Positions 60,605 through 64,000 of a stretch of DNA of 64,000 bases are shown here, piece by piece (within the stretch, counting starts at the first letter, position 1; every line of letters starts with the position of its first letter). Under the pieces are notes generated by a model that saw nothing but the letters and a program-made list of their open reading frames with translations, had not been told where the DNA came from and ran no database searches. A program made the position numbers and the translations under genes. Origin of the DNA: a virus. The stretch is from IMG/VR virus record IMGVR_UViG_3300042888_001055; one strand, written 5' to 3'.

Positions 60605-60844
60605 TTATTTCCTATCAAATGCCCAGAATAAAACTCCTAGAGCCACAAGACCTACTAGACCTTGACTACCCAATGCTGTCACAAACTTTAGAACATTACC
60701 TAAAATGTCTAAACCAATGAATGGCACTGCCGCTCCGAAAATGATTTGTAAGATTACGCCTACTGCTAATAACTTAACTCCCATGTCAACTACATGACCT
60801 AGAAATCCACCAGCAATATCGAATGCGTTGTTCATTTTTTCCAT
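60605..60844 (-). CDS. small membrane protein
   Basis: hydrophobic helices; AAGGA RBS. Confidence 0.7.
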   Translation of the reverse strand: MEKMNNAFDIAGGFLGHVVDMGVKLLAVGVILQIIFGAAVPFIGLDILGNVLKFVTALGSQGLVGLVALGVLFWAFDRK

Positions 60845-60951
60845 GTTTTTGTTTCCTTTCACAAACTAATATTTACCGTTTTGTGAAGGCTTCAAAGCAC
60901 ATTCTCTTTACATTATTAGACTATTCTTATTACACAATAAGTCTATATATT

Positions 60952-61027
60952 TGGAGTAGGTGACAGGAGTCGAACCTGCATAGCACGGATTTGCAATCCG
61001 CTACCTAACCATTCGGTACACACCTAC
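60952..61027 (-). tRNA. tRNA-Cys(GCA)
   Basis: cloverleaf, U73. Confidence 0.9.
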
Positions 61028-61032
61028 ATAAA

Positions 61033-61119
61033 AGCATATTGAAACACACTAACTACCTTGGTATGTACTAAAGTTCAATGAACCGCTACGACCCTATCTT
61101 TAATGTGCTTCAATATGCT
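61033..61119 (-). ncRNA. candidate long-stem small RNA
   Basis: 20-bp terminal stem, both imperfections are G-U on the minus strand. Confidence 0.5.
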
Positions 61120-61120
61120 C

Positions 61121-61310
61121 TGCGTCCCCCGGCGGTAATTATAGTACAAAAAGATATGACGCTATCATACCCCTCACACGTACCTTCCACCCGCTTCCCG
61201 ACAGGGACCGTTCTCGCATTGCTAGCGGCCTTTAGGTTCAAAGACTACCACCCGTAGTTGTCACACTACTTCTCATCGTGCGGGTCACACTATCCGAAGA
61301 CACTCGGAAC
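61121..61310 (-). ncRNA. candidate multi-hairpin structured RNA
   Basis: GC-rich, no credible ORF, several nested stems. Confidence 0.5.
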
Positions 61311-61329
61311 GTTCTTTTATAAATACAGT

Positions 61330-61512
61330 ATGGAACTACAAAACTGTATTGATGTTGTTGAAAAGTTGTTGCGTCAAAACAAACGTAATTACAAAGATAG
61401 CCACGAACAGTTATTATATGAACGGGGTTACCTCACTGGATTGCTTGCTCGTATGATGAGTGATGATCCTAGTATCTTACATCAAATCATAAACAAAACA
61501 AATAATCGCTGA
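61330..61512 (+). CDS. hypothetical late protein
   Basis: TATAAATA 4 nt before ATG 61330. Confidence 0.6.
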   Translation: MELQNCIDVVEKLLRQNKRNYKDSHEQLLYERGYLTGLLARMMSDDPSILHQIINKTNNR

Positions 61513-61513
61513 T

Positions 61514-61605
61514 TGGTGGAGACGGTGAGATTCGAACTCACGGTACGTGTTGCCACATACGACAGGTTAGCAACCTGCTGCCTTCGGCCACTCGGCCACG
61601 TCTCC
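61514..61605 (-). tRNA. tRNA-Ser(GCT)
   Basis: long variable arm. Confidence 0.92.
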
Positions 61606-61612
61606 TAATACT

Positions 61613-61689
61613 TGGTGCCTCCACCTGGACTCGAACCAGGAACCAACGGATTATGAGTCCGCTGCGCTAACCAATTGCGCTATAGAGGC
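61613..61689 (-). tRNA. tRNA(CAT), probably Ile2
   Basis: GACTCATAATC anticodon arm resembles Ile2. Confidence 0.85.
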
Positions 61690-61698
61690 ATCATTCTT

Positions 61699-61783
61699 TG
61701 GTGCGAGTGGGCGGGGTCGAACCGCCATGCCTTGCGACGCCAGATTTTAAGTCTGGAGAGTATACCGATTTCTCCACACTCGC
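61699..61783 (-). tRNA. tRNA-Leu(TAA)
   Basis: long variable arm. Confidence 0.92.
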
Positions 61784-61793
61784 ATTATTGTTA

Positions 61794-61824
61794 ACATTAT
61801 ATATCATACAATGATTGTTGTCAA
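61794..61824 (-). promoter_or_regulatory. sigma70-type promoter inside tRNA array
   Basis: TTGACA-17-TATAAT. Confidence 0.75.
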
Positions 61825-61830
61825 ATAATT

Positions 61831-61907
61831 TGGCGCACCGTAGGGGACTTGAACCCCTGGCCTCATGCGTGACAGGCATGCGATCTAACCAACTGATCTA
61901 ACGGTGC
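61831..61907 (-). tRNA. tRNA-Asp(GTC)
   Basis: cloverleaf, G73. Confidence 0.92.
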
Positions 61908-61980
61908 AAATATGAAACAGGACACCCCTTTGGCCTAGGTCATTTAAGAGTACGCCTGCCCAGCGACTCTCCTATATTCT

Positions 61981-62065
61981 TGGTGGAGATTACCGGGATC
62001 GAACCAGTCGTGCTATAAAGCGGCGGATTTACAGTCCACTGCATCACCATTGATGCTTCATCTCC
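61981..62065 (-). tRNA. tRNA-Tyr(GTA)
   Basis: long variable arm. Confidence 0.9.
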
Positions 62066-62204
62066 AAGGGGAGAGCCACGGTTGCAGGACCTAGTGCTTT
62101 GTTACCAAAGGAAGTATCCAGGCGATGTGGCTCTCAAAACTCAGTATAATATAGATGTATACAACAAGCCTATTATTGTACATATCTATGTTATGTATTA
62201 GTAT

Positions 62205-62400
62205 AAGCTACTTGTTTCCACACAAGCCCTTAATTGAGCGGTTACTCTGTCCATCTCCATTTATTCAAAGTCTGTGTGCAGTTGAGATTCTGCCTATCAG
62301 AGCCTGCGAGGGTATTGTTAATCCTCACGCTAACGGTTTTCTGCCACCGGAACTCTATCGCTATTCAAACGCTACTTTAAGGAAAGTAGTAACCGGATTC
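62205..62400 (-). ncRNA. candidate structured RNA closed by GGTTACT/AGTAACC
   Basis: closing stem with at least 4 internal hairpins. Confidence 0.45.
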
Positions 62401-62402
62401 TT

Positions 62403-62477
62403 TGGAAGAGCATAGGAGAATCGAACTCCTCTTCTTAGGATGAAAACCTAATGTCCTAACCGATAGACGAATGCTCC
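62403..62477 (-). tRNA. tRNA-Glu(TTC)
   Basis: cloverleaf, loop TTTTCAT. Confidence 0.9.
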
Positions 62478-62478
62478 A

Positions 62479-62605
62479 TGTTATTAGTTTTGCTGACGCA
62501 CTATTTGCTATGCTCAACGGAATTATTTGCAAATTTACCGTTTATATACATAGTTAGTTAGAGTTGACGTTTACTCAGGCGCTTACATCAGCAAAACTAA
62601 TAACA
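62479..62605 (-). ncRNA. candidate long-stem small RNA
   Basis: perfect 18-bp terminal inverted repeat with branched interior. Confidence 0.5.
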
Positions 62606-62607
62606 CA

Positions 62608-62675
62608 CTATATGAAAACACACTACCTCGCTATTTGCGGGCGAGACACCGACTGTATAGTGTGTTTACATATAG
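62608..62675 (-). ncRNA. candidate long-stem small RNA
   Basis: 17/18-bp terminal stem sharing CACA(C/T)TA/TAGTGTGTTT with 61033-61119. Confidence 0.45.
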
Positions 62676-62713
62676 TCCCTGTAACTTAAACAGGGCTATA
62701 TGATAACTCAGAA

Positions 62714-62874
62714 TTTTAAAGAACTTTGTTGATTAGTACGATGACTTTCTCAACTCATGCTATGATTGTATCATAACTACCATTTATTGTCAAATTCTTC
62801 TGTTTCACTGTTTCCCGAGAACTTGTTCAATCAATCTATGAATAGAGTATATCAGATTGAGGATTTATTGTCAA
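62714..62874 (-). promoter_or_regulatory. tandem sigma70 promoters plus boxA-like motif heading the stable-RNA operon
   Basis: -35 at 62874 and 62793 with 17-nt spacers to TATACT/TACAAT; GTTCTTTAAAA at 62714-62724. Confidence 0.65.
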
Positions 62875-62929
62875 ATTTTATCATTTTAGTACTTTATACT
62901 ACATAAAATACTTGATGATAAATATTGTT

Positions 62930-63526
62930 ATGACAACCTCCCTATATGATGATTTAGAATTACCAAAAACTTGCACCTCTGAAGAAATCAAACAAAAATA
63001 CAGAATCTTAGCACAACTACATCATCCTGACAAGGGAGGGGATGTGGAAAAGTTCAAACGGATGAAATTGGCATACGAAGTGTTAAGTGACCCTATCAAA
63101 CGTGAACACTATGATTCGACCGGTGATCATTATAATGATATTAACCTTGACAGTGAGGTTATGGGCAGATTAGCTGTTATGGTTTCACAGTTTGTTCAAC
63201 ATATTAATCCAGAGTTTGATGATTTAATACTAAAAATGAAAATTGAGATTCGTGCATTACAACAACTGACAACAAATGCTATTGTAGAATGTAATGATTT
63301 AATTGCCAAATTTAACATTATTTCTAAAAAGATTAGATTAAAAAAAGAAGGCGAGAACTTGTTAAAGTTGGTAGTTGACAAAAAAGTATTAGGGCTTCAT
63401 AATGAAGTAATTAACCACAAAAGAGGTTTAATTGTTTTTGCTAGGATGTTAGAAGTATTAGACGATTATCACTACAGTAGTGATGAATGGCGATTACTAC
63501 TAGAAAACGTTGATGGTCCGGCGTAG
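62930..63526 (+). CDS. J-domain (DnaJ-like) protein
   Basis: LY..L....EIKQKYR.LA...HPDKGG..AYEVLSD..R..YD. Confidence 0.88.
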   Translation: MTTSLYDDLELPKTCTSEEIKQKYRILAQLHHPDKGGDVEKFKRMKLAYEVLSDPIKREHYDSTGDHYNDINLDSEVMGRLAVMVSQFVQHINPEFDDLILKMKIEIRALQQLTTNAIVECNDLIAKFNIISKKIRLKKEGENLLKLVVDKKVLGLHNEVINHKRGLIVFARMLEVLDDYHYSSDEWRLLLENVDGPA

Positions 63527-63588
63527 AGGAATCGAACCTCTATTGACGGCTTAGAAGGCCGCTGTATGATCCATTATACTAACGCCAG
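63514..63588 (-). tRNA. tRNA-Arg(TCT)
   Basis: cloverleaf, CCA end. Confidence 0.9.
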
Positions 63589-63603
63589 AAGTTTTAAGTT
63601 GTT

Positions 63604-63684
63604 TGGCTCCACGGCTAGGACTCGAACCTAGCTAGCTTTCGCACAGATTAACAGTCTGCTGCCACACCCGGCGGCTCCCGTGGA
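63604..63684 (-). tRNA. tRNA-Asn(GTT), atypical
   Basis: 81 nt, 11-nt variable region, G8. Confidence 0.8.
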
Positions 63685-63691
63685 ATAATTT

Positions 63692-63767
<76 letters not shown>

Positions 63768-63792
63768 GACTTTTATTTAATAGTATTATACA

Positions 63793-64000
63793 CTAACTTA
63801 ATAATATTCTACTATGTTTTGGAACTCCTGCTAACAAATATTCCATTTGATCAGCAAGAATTGTTCTATGTTGTAATATCATATTTTCGTAGTGGTTTGG
63901 GATGTATGGTAAGTATAGTAATTCCATACGCACTTCTTTTAAACTCTTATGTCCTTTTTTGCTGTTACAATCTTTACATGCTGTAACAACATTCATCCAA
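63793..64000 (-). CDS. HNH endonuclease, C-terminal part (runs off window)
   Basis: W.NVVTACKDCNSKKG. Confidence 0.8.
   Translation of the reverse strand, partial: WMNVVTACKDCNSKKGHKSLKEVRMELLYLPYIPNHYENMILQHRTILADQMEYLLAGVPKHSRILLS

Noticed and set aside
61121-62400. tmRNA, RNase P, hammerhead or HDV-like (theta) ribozymes among the tRNAs
   Set aside because: Could not find their diagnostic cores by eye; left as unassigned RNAs pending a covariance search.

Overview
AT-rich, densely coding 64-kb segment of a large (jumbo-type, T4-like regulatory logic) tailed bacteriophage genome, read in the standard code. The host is probably a proteobacterium (inferred from DnaK, ClpX, IF-1, ErpA and phasin-like genes). 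The window carries a protein quality-control kit (clpX, clpP, clpS, dnaK, hsp20, a J-domain protein) and host-like translation/transcription genes (bS21, IF-1, an unannotated ArfA-like ORF, RNAP omega). It also encodes DNA ligase, dCMP deaminase, MazG-like, SOD, ErpA/IscA, a DD-peptidase, Gly/Asn-rich virion fibre proteins, HNH and GIY-YIG nucleases, and a minus-strand array of 17 tRNAs. Non-coding structure: (i) about 18 near-identical sigma70 promoter(+leader) modules abutting the stop codons of short ORFs in three cassette-like arrays; (ii) many TAAATA late promoters sitting 4-5 nt before an ATG (leaderless mRNAs); (iii) ROSE-type thermometer hairpins before both dnaK and hsp20; (iv) several unexplained structured RNAs within the tRNA operon, whose leader has tandem promoters and a boxA-like motif. 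All calls are by eye; no searches were run.
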